Shown one piece after another: positions 38,619 through 51,720 of a stretch of 64,000 nucleotides of DNA; positions within the stretch are counted from its first letter, which is position 1, and the number at the start of each line of letters is the position of its first letter. Under the pieces are notes generated by a model that was given only the letters and a program-made list of their open reading frames with translations, ran no database searches and was not told the DNA's origin. The DNA comes from Octopus sinensis (taxonomy: Eukaryota), in NCBI RefSeq assembly GCF_006345805.1, contig NC_043011.1, positions 19,294,464 through 19,358,463 on the forward strand. Reading direction: 5' to 3'. Position numbers and translations under genes: made by a program.

Positions 38619-41600
38619 AAGCAATTTAAATGCTATTTTGGACATCATTTTGCAAATATATTGTTACTATAATGTATAGAAAATTGTTGCAGAGAAGAAA
38701 ATTCATATTTATGAAAATAATTCATTACTATTTTGTTTCAGAATTGCTAAGAAAAATACTAGAATAACTTAAAGCAATATATTAAGAATGAGTAAATGCA
38801 TTTGTGATGAATTAGTTCTGTATAGAAATATGTGTAATATGATCTTTTGAAATGATTGCATGAAATGAAAAAATGAAATAGAACTATAAATAACAAAACA
38901 CCTAATATGATTACAAGATTAAAATGTACTTATAAGTCATTCTTTTCTTATATTTCTTTTTGTATCTTATATCATATTTAGTCTCCAGTATCATTTCAAA
39001 ATTCCGACTGTATGGAGCCGGTTTTTTTCTAACAGCTAAACAAAATGGAAGAAAAACAGGAGGCCACTACAGTGACTTTGTTAAATTTACTTTACATTTC
39101 TCTCAAATATCCACCGTCGCAGAAGAATAGCAAACGATATCTCGGAAAATTGATTAAAATATTTCAAGACAATTGTCATTGTTACATTCACCAGTGTAAT
39201 GTTGTTGTGTTTTGGGGGAGAGACCGATAGATTATTTCTTGAAAATTAAAACAGTAAAAGAGTGAAATCTATTTCTTTTTCAATATTTTTTGCAATTCAC
39301 TGCTAAACGCTGATTTGTATGGGTCACTTAAAGCAGTGTAGCGAGATGATTATTTTCCTTTATACAAATACTGAATACATATCACTACGATTTATATTTC
39401 AATATAGTGTGCAATGATTCCTCTACGCTATTAGTTAAACAGCTGGAAGAAGCGATAGGGTGTTGAGTAATTTAAACAAACATCCGTTTATACGTTCTGA
39501 TTTTATACGCTTCCATGGTTGACTTTACCTCTCATCCTAATGGAATTACTGCCAGGCAAATATTGACATTCAATTTAATTATGTGCTTCGTTCTAGAGTT
39601 TAAGCAGTATTGTGTGAACTGAAGTATTTTATTGTTTTGTTATTTGTTATTATTAATTGTTCAAGAAATAGGTGAGTTGCCAAATTCTTTAGCGTATGAA
39701 AAAAACGACTTTGCAGTGATTGTATTAAGGGCAAGCCTACCTCTACCTCCTTTGAAGACATTGTAAAAGCAGTGATGCTCTGGCGCTCATCTATAGACTA
39801 CCTCGTTCTCGTTAACCTGCTGGCTTTGGACCTAAACCAGAAATCAGTATTTGCTTTTATTTGCATTCACTAAGCTTGTGTTGGTTCACCAACACTATAT
39901 GTGGTCTCTATGTGTGTTGACATGTAAAAATATTTCTACTACCATATAAATATCATTACAAAGCGGATATAGTTTTTATACTGTATAACCACACCTGTTC
40001 ATTCGTGCTGTTCTTTCAAAGAATGAAATAAATGACATAATCACAACGATCCTAACGAACAACTGTGCCTCCCAACGGAATCTTCGAGGAATGTGGTGGG
40101 AGATTGGTAGGTGGCAATATTCCTTATCTCAGCTTACAGTACGACTAAGAAACCATCAACACGATAAGCAACATCAGTAATACCATCACCGGCAATATAG
40201 CAACCAAATACCATCAGCACCAACGATAGAGGGATTGCAAACCTTGCTTTATTTAGTCAAAGAAGCAGGCACGTGAATCCAGCGTTCAGTTAGTAGCAAC
40301 GTAAGGACATAGAAGAATATAAATGAGACACTGGGGGCAAATAAAAATGATAAGCAAATTGTGTAGGATGATTCCCAAAGGAAGGAAACACCAAATATTT
40401 CTACAAACTAAATAAATTAAGAGAATATAAAAGACCGAGAGAAACAAATTTTCGAGAAAATGTAAGGATTTCTCAAGCACGGTAGCCGACCTTGATATGG
40501 AATTATAACGACAAAATCAATAAAGTAGAAGCGACAACAGCATTATCAGCATATTCTCTGTCCTACACAAAGATTTTCTCAATTCAAATTAAGAGCGAGT
40601 AAACATTTTAGCTCGTATTAATTCAAATACTGAAAACTGTAATGTAATGGAGTCTGTACTCATACGAAGGTTTGGCAATACCGTCACTAAATGTTCTGTC
40701 TGTTATCGTGAGGAAATTGAATGAAAATAAGATGTGTCACACAAGTAGATCTCGCTAGATCTAGTCTAGCAACATAAATCAGAGGCTCAAAATGCTCAGA
40801 TGAAGGAATTTGTAGATAATCATAGGGGCAGTATCTTATACCTTAACTAAACTAAAATATATAGGACCATCGGCCTGCATTCAAAAATTAATACTGGATA
40901 TTTTTTACGCTAGGGTGAGATTTTTCAAAACTTTTCGTAACTTGTTGATTTCTGTAATCTAAATCTTTATTATGATTTTCCGCTATGATCCAAATTCTGG
41001 TGAGGAAATAAATGCGTGAAATATTTCAGGTAGTTTCAGATCGCTTTTATGCCGATTTCAAAATGGTCTCTATAGTATGTTTGAACAACATTTTAAAATG
41101 TAACTAGCAAAAAAGGTAAAGCATATTAACTCTCCAACGCACTTTATTAACAAGAACAGCCTTTAACTAACAAATTAGCTCGGCATGTGTCATGTCCAAA
41201 CATTGGTAAATGAAAATAAATAGCATTGTCGCCAATACACCCCTGGAGATCTATATCTGTAGCACACGTTATCCAACATATTTATAAATTGAAAGAGACA
41301 ACGTATCTGAGAATCTCATTGACCAGCAACACGGATAACAAGAACATACATTTCCATCAACAACCAAAGAGAAGAAGACCTAGTCAATGAAACCACTTGT
41401 GTCGTTTCAGAATTTTCTCATATCGGCTAGAAATCGACGTGCGTTGAGCAAACACATCAGTTATTATGAAGCAGTTGCTAAGAGAAGATGAGATTAATTG
41501 TTGAAAATTATTAGGTACAAATGCGTAAATCGAAGCAGAAGTTTGGAATATTCGACAGCAGCTGAAACTAAACACTGCATGGAAAAGCTTTTGGATACGC

Positions 41601-42514
41601 ATTATGGATACGAATTGTAACATTTGAGCAGTCGTGTGGTAACGTAGAACAGTCAGAAGGAGGCACATAGATTATGCACAACACCATGGATTTTTTTCCG
41701 TATTTGATACATATATTTATATAAGAAGAAATGCGTTGGAAAGTGATTGTGACTAAATTATGTCATGCTAGAATCTAGGTCATATTCATGAAGTATATGG
41801 TGTACTTGGCTATGAATCAATGAGAGTTCATCTGAATGAAATGCCCTGCAGCACAAAAGTAGAGAAGAACGCCCGTGGAGTTCCATATATTGGATGTGAA
41901 GACCGTACTTTTGTTACCGAATCATTATAAGAACAAATTTATAAGATGTTTGCGAGCAAGAATCCCAAAAGCTACAGGTCAATGACAATAAATATTGATA
42001 GGAGATTCGGATTTATGACCGAAATAGAAGCTGAAGTATACTGGCTCCAAATGCTTCCATTCTCACCACCAGAGAATTAACATTCACAGCTGCAACACCG
42101 ATAGCATAGGCATTTCTAAAAGCTTTATAAACGACGACAGAATTCAAGCGAAATGTCCCGAGCAAAATGACGGGCAAATTAAGATAATAACGCAGTAATG
42201 AGATTTTATATGCACAGACATTGATTTGAGACCATCCAGGGTAAAATGCAAGAGCCAAGAAATACCACAGTATAAAATACCAACACATTTAAAGATGTTT
42301 GGAATAGAAGAAACACATGCATACATACATATCAAATATTTATTACACGAAATCTGACAGAAACGAAACATGCCAAAAATAATGAAATTATGAATCGATC
42401 AATGACAGAAGATCATCGAGAGCAATAAAACAGCAACATCAGCAGTTAAAGTGTCATTACAATAATAGAGAGATCTAGAAAAACATCAGCAAAAGTAAAA
42501 GCAGCAGCTACAAT

Positions 42515-42872
42515 GGAGGCGTAATGGCCCAGTGGTTAGGGCAGCGGACTCGCGGTCGGAGAATCGCGGTTTCGATGCCCAGACCGGGGGTTGTATGTGT
42601 TTATTGAGCGAAAAAACCTAAAGCTCCACGAAGCTCCGTCAGGGGGTGGTGGCGACCCCTGTTGTACTCTTTTTTCTCACTCTTTCTTCCTGTTCCTTGT
42701 CCCCGAATTCCTACGCAACCGCTGAGCCTTGATACGCATTCATCCATCCGTCGATGCTCTCGGTGTCGGAGGTTGACCTGCTTTCTCTGCTGCGGGTCTT
42801 ACGAATAGTAAATGACCACGTTTCCGACTTCTCCCACTACATGGGACGAAGACCGCTGCACTTAACAGGAAC
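42515..42872 (+). mobile_element. tRNA-derived SINE family C, full length, with 15-bp TSD
   Basis: A box TGGCCCAGTGG, B-box-like GGTTTCGATGCCC. TSD AGCAGCAGCTACAAT at 42500-42514 and 42873-42887. Confidence 0.9.
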
Positions 42873-43541
42873 AGCAGCAGCTACAATATCTGAAGTTGTA
42901 AACTCATATGACTCAACAATATCGATGAAAAGCACCAAGTACAATATCCGCAAAAAGCATCAATTATTTTTCTGTAATATCACTATTAATCTGTAGGACA
43001 AAAGAGGAACTCTCGTAGGAAGAGACATTGACAACAAAGGGAGAGACACAAATGAATTAAACAACACTTGAAATCTACACGGAACATATGAAAATAGCGC
43101 CTGAATTTGTAAACAACAAATGGAATAAACATATTACTAAATATCGTGGGGTACTTCTACATGCTGCAATTTCAAATATAAGAATTCGGTCGAAACGTTG
43201 GCAGAAATATTTACACCTATTCACCCCCATATACATCTTCCCCAGTACCTGTAGTAGAAAAATACAACAGTTAAATGAGATACAGGAGCCAAGTTATAGG
43301 CTCAATTTGTTGTGACATTTTATCAGAAAGACCGGATTAGCGTAGAGGTAACGGGTTGATTTCTCGCACCCCGTAGCAATAAGCTGGGGCGAAAGGGACT
43401 TGATTACGAAGTGGGTCCCGTTGCACTGTTTAGGCGGATAAAGCGTGTACTCTTTATCCCCTTTTGATTTTTATTAAATGATTGTGTAAAATGTTCTTAA
43501 CAATAGAATATATTGTAAGTCTACACACACACACATACACA

Positions 43542-43577
<36 letters not shown>

Positions 43578-43959
43578 CTTGGTGTTATTGTTGTTGTGAT
43601 ACGTGTACTCTTTATCCTATTTGAGTTGTTGTTTTGAGGTGTTCCACTAATTGGATGGTAGGTTTTATTTTTTTGTGGTGGGGATTAAAGCAGTGATTTA
43701 TTTCTGTTATCATTATATCATCGAAGATATTATAATAGGAGATAAGTTTCGGCGAGGACTATCCTTTGTTTTGAGTCGCAGACTTGTCAATGATCTATCA
43801 GCTATTGGGGTACAGCGTTCGATAAATTCCGTAAAAAATTTTATTTCTCTTTACATGTGGAAACGTACATTTTGTTTGATGTCAGCATAAAATGAATGAT
43901 AGAGAAAATGACAGGGACGTGTGTATATGCTGATGGTAGGGTGCGAGATAGAAAGTGTG

Positions 43960-44118
43960 TGTTTGAGAGAGGAAGAATGTATGTGTTGAAGTGTGTGTTT
44001 GTGTGAGGGAGAAAGAGAGTGAAAGCGTAATTTTAAATTTATTTTTTCTCGCATCCTTTTTGAGTGAATGATTGACTGAGAGAGAGAGAGAGAGAGAGAG
44101 AGTGAGAGTGTGTGTGTG

Positions 44119-44153
<35 letters not shown>

Positions 44154-44830
44154 GTGTTTGTGTGTGTGATAACGTAATGCCCCTTTGTCTTTCCCTCTCT
44201 CTCTCTCTCTCTCAGTCAAACACACACTAAAATCCGATGCGAGAAAACGTTACTAAATAAAATTTACGCTATCTCTCTGTCTCTCTCTCTCTCTCACACA
44301 CACACTCAGACAGTAACACACACTTTCTCTTTCTCGCTTTCCGACAACACATCTCTCTCTCTCCCTCTCTCGCGGTCAATTACTCACACACTCAAAAAAG
44401 ATGCGAGAAAAAAAAAATTTTTAAACGTACGCAGTCAATCTCTCCCTCACAAACACACACACAAACACACACACAGCGTACATATTTAAAATGTATTCCT
44501 CCTCGCATCATTTTGTGAGTGAGAGGAGAGGTGTGTGTTGTCGGAAACAGAGAGAGAGAAGGGGAATTGTGTGCTGTAGTGTGTGTGTGTGTGGGTGAAA
44601 GAGAGAGATAGAGAAAATTTCATTTTACTTGCGTCAATTTAGTGTTTGACAGAGAGAGAGAGGGAGGGCGTTATGCTATGACTCTCTCTCTCAGTCAACC
44701 ACTCACTCAAATAAGATGCAACGAAAAATAAATTTTTAAAATGTACGCTCTCACTCTCCCTCTCTCTCCCTCACACATACACACATACACAAAACACCCA
44801 CATCAACACACACCTTGTCCTTGCCATTGC
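43960..44830. repeat. Foldback-like compound element: modules in alternating orientation separated by GA/GT microsatellites
   Basis: A TCGCATCNTTTTTGAGTG-like module occurs + at ~44049, - at ~44235, - at ~44390, + at ~44503, + at ~44630 and - at ~44700. The outer arms (~43985-44100 and ~44680-44790) are inverted repeats. Confidence 0.7.
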
Positions 44831-45344
44831 TAGAAGCGGACAACTCATGTCAGCAAACTTAGAGATTTCACCGACGTTCAAATTTGCTAAATGTTATGGT
44901 TGAAAATCGATTTTTACCGCTATCCACGGGTGTCTCCGGAAAAATAAATTGACAAAAGCACAGCCATGGTCGTGACTTATGTCCTCCTAAAATTGGAGCG
45001 ACATGCGTGCTAAATTGTGGACGTGCATAAATTACATTCACGTACAACACACACACATCCTGCCTGATATATACATACATATATATATATGTATAACCTT
45101 TTATTCATTTCAGGCATTAGGCTGTGTCAATTACGGACACGGCTTTGAATGCTTTTTGTCTAATGAAGTGTTTATTCTATTTTTAAACATTTTCAGAATC
45201 GAGAAGGCATGAAGACGAAAACAAACCAATAGCGGTTTTGTTGCAAGACAAACACAGACACAAAACATATGTACACATACACGTATATAGCAAAAGAAAC
45301 TTTCTCGACCACATGATTCAGATACTGAAATCGGAATATAGACA

Positions 45345-45480
45345 CTCGGCAAAAAGAGATCGATAGAATAAGTACTAGGCTTACAAAGAATAAGTCCCGG
45401 GGTCGATATGCTCGACTAAAGGTGGTGCTCCAGCATGGCCGCTGTCAAATGACTGAAACAAGTAAAAGAGTAAAAAGAGA
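45345..45480 (+). mobile_element. Family-A SINE 3' part
   Basis: GATAGAATAAGTACTAGGCTTACAAAGAATAAGTCCCGGGGTCGAT...GTCAAATGACTGAAACAAGTAAAAGAG. Confidence 0.88.
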
Positions 45481-45604
45481 GAGAGTACTCACTCCCTCTC
45501 CCCATCTCTCTCTCTCTCCCTCTGTCTGCCTCTCTGTCTGTCTGTCTGTCTCTCTTTCATACATACAGACACACCTATACATATATTAATAGTTAAATTG
45601 ACAG

Positions 45605-45631
45605 GCAGATAGATAGATAGATAGATAGATC

Positions 45632-45664
<33 letters not shown>

Positions 45665-45681
45665 GTAGATAGATAGATAGT

Positions 45682-45743
<62 letters not shown>

Positions 45744-45744
45744 T

Positions 45745-45782
<38 letters not shown>
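45605..45782. repeat. (GATA)n microsatellite
   Basis: Direct inspection. Confidence 0.97.
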
Positions 45783-47344
45783 CATGTATATTCTTATTAA
45801 AATGCTAGCAAAGAGATATTTGGCCGTGTTTCTGCTTGCGTAGTATTCAAATCCACTGAGTCAAAAAAAATCGCCATTTGAGCTACATGGCGTAATCGTT
45901 AATGCACCGCTACTTTGATGATAAAATGCTATCTGCCAAAAGTTGCCTTCTTAATCTGACTTCATTATTTTCCACCAGCTGTGACATACTCACTTTAGTG
46001 TACTTGTTACATACCTTTCGTTTTCTTCTCTTTGCTTTGATAACATTCTCAACATGTTATCTTAATATTTAAATTTTCACCATATAAACTTTCTTGGAAG
46101 GTTGTTTTTCATAGTTTTTCTATTATAAATCAACAGACTGTTTTGTTTGCTTGTCTTTTTTTTTACAATGTAGCATTCCTTTGAAGACAAAATGTCTACA
46201 AGTCTCAAACATTATATTTGAAAATGTAAAGAAAACATAACGCTTTTGTTTATTTTCCGGGTTATTCTCAGATAACTTGTGTAATATTATTGCAAAAATC
46301 AATAATGAAAATAATCTGTGTGAACTTAAATCCAAGTTTATGTATGATCAAAAACACTGTCTTTCAATTTAGGCCTCAGCCTAGAGATGTGGAAACTTTC
46401 ATATGAGTGTGTATCAACAAGTAGGCGGCGGTGTATATCGTTCCAACATTTCACGATATATGTTAGTCACAAGATTTTTTCTTTTATCAAAGACACAAGT
46501 AAAGATAACCTTGACTGGAACGATGACTTGCAAGATCATGTTCTTCATTCTGCATGATCAGCTTTTCTTATATCGACATTTGATTGTGTTCTGCACAAAG
46601 ATATTTTTAAACTTCCGTCTATAGATATATATGTTATATTTTTTTTTACTTATGTGGGCGCAAGCTTGTCAAACTAGTGGTAAAATATTTTAATATTTAT
46701 TTGTACACGTATCAGCTATTCAATATAGAGCAGTATATTCATCTTCCTTCTTCCTCACATTTTTTATCCAAGTAGAACTTGAATAAGTTTATGAGAGCCT
46801 CTCAAAGAGGAAAGCGTATTCCTTCAGTCCTTTCAGTTTTGTTAAACATACCATCCATTTTCCCCCATGACTACCAGGCATAGAGAAACTGTCTATTCTT
46901 CCGGGCCAAAGGAAATAAATTTCTGTTAATAAGCACCAATAAAACAGTCTTCTCTGTAATCTTGTTAGAAGTGTTGATAGCAACATTGCTGAGATTTTAT
47001 TATATGGCAGAAAAACATCTGACACAGGAGTTACGTCAGATTCTTTATTGATACGAATATTGGACAGACATAATCTTTCTTTATACGATACATTATCCAC
47101 GTTCGTTGTTATTCTGTCTCGAATATTCAAAGAATATAAAATACTAACACGTCTAAGATTTTGGTTATATTGCATTTCAATATCCATTCAGGTTGTTTGG
47201 AGAAATTCTATTGATGATTAAAACTAATAACTAGAGGTAAGACCATATTCACAACATTTATATACGTGTATGTCAGTCACCGTGTATGTGTATATCATTA
47301 ATTATCAGTTTCTATCTCCTTCTCTCATCCTCCATCTCACTGTA

Positions 47345-47615
<271 letters not shown>

Positions 47616-47689
47616 GTAGTGTACAATTGATTTACATATTTATACTCCAGAGAAGTGGCTTTTAACAAGACACCTTACATGCTAGAAAG

Positions 47690-49005
47690 GCCAGTAATAT
47701 CAGAAACCAAGAATGAGGACAATTTCAAAGCAGGAAAGTGAATATCGTACGTGAAGAATTTTACCCACTTCACAGAATTCATCAAGGATACCACCATTGA
47801 ATCCAACCAGATGGTGAGTCTAGATGTGATAAGTCTGTTCACCAAAGTCGCAACTGGTGAAGCACTATCGGTGATTCAAGAAAAACTAGTGACAGACATC
47901 CATCTAAAAGAACGCACTAGTATATCAATAAGAAACTTGATTGAAATGTTGACCTTCTGTGTAGAATCTACCTACTTCAATATCGACACTGATATATATA
48001 TCGACAACAAGAGTGTTTAGCTATGGGTTCGCCATATATGTACATGGAATACTTTAAGAATTTGGCTTTAGGATCAACACCACTAAAATCAACAATATGG
48101 CTGCGATATGTTGATGAGGCCTTCATACTCTGGCCCCACCAAGAAGATGTCCAAGTGCTGTTAGATCATTTGAACTCAATAAACCATCAATACAGTTCAC
48201 AACAGAAATAGAAACAGACAATCAGCTAGCATTCCTGGACGTATTAATAACACGCACCAAGTATGGATTCAGGACATCCGTATACCGCAAGCCGACCTTC
48301 ACCGGACCATATCGCAACTTCAACTCCCACCATCTATACAGTGTAAAGAGAGGGATTGCTTAGTGCCTAAAACATCGAGCAATAAATATATGTAGCCATC
48401 GTGATACCCACCACGAAGAAACGTTTAAGCTCAGTAAAAATCTATTAAGCAGCTACTATCCCAAAAGCATACTCTGCACGCCAATTAAGACGAAAAGAGA
48501 GGATCAAACCGACAAACTGTCCACAGTCTATCTACCCTATGTGAAAAGCCTCTCCGGAAAGATACAAAAGATATGCGACCCATATGACATCAGGACAGTA
48601 TTCAAAAGTAATGCAACATTTTGAAAATGTCTCCCAGTAAAACGACCAATAGAAGAGAATATGAATAAGAACTACGTGTACTCTATCCCATGCAGCTGAG
48701 GTAGGTTATACAAAGTCGTAACATGCTGGCCCCTCAAAATAGGGTTAGAGGAACATCGCAAATCTGAGACACGGGGAGATATTGATAAATCGGGTATAGC
48801 TGATCATGTGTGGAAAAATGGAGACCATCTCCCCCTGTGGGATGAAGTTAGAATAATAGACAGAGAACACCACTGGAATATACGAAAGCTTAAAGAAGCA
48901 GCACATACGCTAGGACACAAGAACCTCCTATGCAGACCGAGTGCAGATATGAAGAGCATATGGGAAGCGGTATTAAGGAAAGATGGGAGAATATTAGATT
49001 TATAA
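47690..49005 (+). mobile_element. Penelope-like element (Penelope/Poseidon-type), 5'-truncated and degenerate: RT + C-terminal GIY-YIG endonuclease
   Basis: MVSLDVISLFTKV; MGSP...WLRYVDEAFILWPH; LAFLDVLITR..FRTSVYRKPTFTG..FNSHH; VYSIPCS*G..Y..LEEHRK..KSGIADHVWKNGDHLPLWDEVRIIDREHHWNIRKLKEA; stop at 49003-49005. Confidence 0.93.
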
Positions 49006-49028
49006 GCCCTAAAATTCACTCCATGATT

Positions 49029-49320
49029 GCCCACGTGCATATGGTGTAGTGGTGAAGAGCGCGGGCTACTAACCCCAAGATTCCGAGTTCGATTATAATA
49101 ATTATTAATAATGATAATAATAATAATAATAATAATAATGATATCAACAACAACATCGAATAGTACCTTAGGAATGAGAACCCAGGTTCTAAATTCCCCA
49201 AAACATCTTATATCAGCCGAAACGTTATGTTGACAACAAAGAAGATGAGGACAGATATCCGTCAATTGTAAATAATGTAAATAATGTACATAATTCCTCA
49301 TCTCTTAAATATAGAACTGT
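49029..49320 (+). mobile_element. Second copy of the tRNA-head/(AAT)n/hammerhead-tail element, immediately downstream of the PLE ORF
   Basis: TGGTGTAGTGG (A box)...GAGTTCGATT (B box); (AAT)n; AAACATC[core deleted]TATATCAGCC-GAAA-CG-TT-ATGTT; 3' end AATATAGAACTGT as at 27866-27878. Confidence 0.82.
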
Positions 49321-50344
49321 GTACATAGCAGTTTCTACATCCATGCCAGTCTTTTTGTAAACAAAACCTTACTCTTATACGAGAGCCAACATCTCACGAT
49401 CGTTAAGCAACATGAATCACATTAAAGGCAAATTCCAATTCATATTTATGCAATTTCATTCACCAAATTTAATGTCTATAAAAAGAAATTTGCAATTCTA
49501 AAGTAGATATTTCTGCAAAACGTAGCACTACATCTAAATGATGTGTTGAATTTATTTAGTTTTAGATTTCACTACACTGAATACTTGACCACTCTTCACA
49601 TATGGCTAGAATCACAGCGAAATGCTTTTACAAACACAGTTATCATTAGCACCACTAACATTAACTATGTAAATCAGTATTAAATAATCCGTTTCAACAA
49701 AGTTTACTCCAAATTCAGTAGACCATATCAACTTTACACTTCTGAATTATTTGAAAGATTATTCTCAAAATGGATGTTTCAAATCTCTTCTCTATGTTCT
49801 CATATACGCTTCAAATCACTTAACTAATTTTAACTGATCCCCCATAAAAGAAACAAAAATTGCAAACAGAATTTATCTTTCTTTATATCACTGCCATTTC
49901 GACTAATTTTTTGAGTTTTATTTTGTTTAATGTATCTTGCAAGTATCATCCTTCAGTTACCTTTTGTACCAACATAACTAACTTCTAATTACATAAATGA
50001 ACTGCACTTCCATTATTTATTTATTTTCCTTTTTATAGTTCATTCTATGTACGTGCTGATAAAGACAGCACAGAGCACATAACATACTTCTAAATAGCTA
50101 TTCTTTTGAACTTTATTCTATAGGTTTCTGTATCAGCACTTCCGACTTTCACTTATTTTTCTCCATCATTTAACACACCAACAGTTTATCTTTTATATGC
50201 CATATTTTCAAACATTTCTCTTTAGATTCTGAAGGTTTGCTCGATAGAGTTTTAATAAGAATTGTAGTCTGTAATATTTCTGCAATTTTAAACACACACT
50301 CAGACACACACATACACACACAAAGATACAGGTTGCATCTTCCT

Positions 50345-50656
50345 TGATTATTATGTGTGGGGCGCAGTTGTACGAGAGAAGAACAAAACTTCATCTGACA
50401 CCAAAAGACGAACTGAAGGCAAGGATTATGTCTGCATTCACCACGTTAAAGAAGTTGACTGTCCACAAAAGTTGCAGGAGATTCCGAAATCGAATGGAGG
50501 TAGTGGTTGAAGCCAATGGTGATTCTATTGAATATATTTACTCTTTACTATTCAAGATATATTCATATGAATTTGATAAATATATCTGTTAAAATGGTGT
50601 GTGAATATTTTCATTTTTGCATTATTTAGACTACGTTTTATTCACCGCACGCTGTA
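50345..50656 (+). mobile_element. Tc1/mariner-superfamily 3' fragment with terminal repeat
   Basis: ORF 50344..50592: KDELKARIMSAF...HKSCRRFRNRMEVVVEANGDSIE; terminus TTATTCACCGCACGCTGTA (CAGGGTG-type TIR plus TA). Confidence 0.8.
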
Positions 50657-50937
50657 TATGTCTATGTATGTATGTATATATATACACATTTTGTGTGTGC
50701 GTTAAATTAAAACTTCATGTAGAATTTTGTTAAATAATTAGTTGTTTATATATTAAATAACCATATCCTGAACAAATTGAAAATTTATTATTTGAGGTTG
50801 CATTTTTCTAGATGCTTCATTCAATGATTCTGCTGAAAAATAACCGAAATATAACGTTCATATAGGTCGTGAAATGATGAAGGAGTACTAAACTATTACA
50901 TAGCAACTAGAGTAATCTCTTGTAACAACTATCTATT

Positions 50938-51028
<91 letters not shown>

Positions 51029-51094
51029 ATATATATGTATGTATGCATGCATGTATATGTACATATTTCGAGAGATATATATATATAGTTATGT

Positions 51095-51300
51095 AATTTG
51101 TGTCTGTCCCCACATCATCGGTTTGCCAATCCACTTTTGGTGGGTTTACGTCCCCGCAACTCAGCAGTTCGGCAAATGGCACCGATAGAATAAATACTAG
51201 TGTTCAAAAGAATAATTCAAATGATGATTTCTTTGACTAAAGTCGGTGCTACAGCTGTGCCGTAGACAAATGACTAAAACAAGTAAAAGGAATAAAAAAG
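51095..51300 (+). mobile_element. Family-A SINE 3' part
   Basis: TTTACGTCCCCGCAACTCAGCAGTTCGGCAAATGGCACCGATAGAATAAATACTAG...AAATGACTAAAACAAGTAAAAG. Confidence 0.8.
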
Positions 51301-51434
51301 GAATATATATATATTTAATTTCATAGTTTAATCTGGAATTTTATATTTAATATTTTATATTTTTAATATATTTTTGGGGCTTATGATTTTCACTCTTTAA
51401 TTTGCCTAATAGTGGTTTTATCTCTAATTTAATA

Positions 51435-51479
<45 letters not shown>

Positions 51480-51481
<2 letters not shown>

Positions 51482-51720
51482 ATAAAGGGTGAAATATAAT
51501 TAATTTAATAAAATCAATAAATTTCACCTAGTAGTACTTCGGTATGGAAAAGGACCATATTCGGTAAAAATTTATATAATTATAGTAATAAAGGTTTTTT
51601 TGGAGTGAAAGAAATAGTAGCCCTTTGACTGCTATTTCTAATATTTTCGGTATGTGGTTTAAGCAACTTGTTGCAAAATATTTACGCGATTTGGTGAAAA
51701 GTGTCTTTACTACTAATTTT
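51480..51720. mobile_element. PLE-type terminal-repeat fragment related to 20110-20320 and 62060-62150
   Basis: TCGGTATG.AAA.GACCAT...CGGTA block and GAAATAG...CTGCTATTTCTAAT block; abuts (TA)n. Confidence 0.55.

Noticed and set aside
42515-42590. tRNA-like sequences here and at 49040-49090, 27735-27800, 4474-4540 and 6300-6380 as tRNA genes
   Set aside because: No complete acceptor stem; each continues into a SINE body, and some have TSDs.
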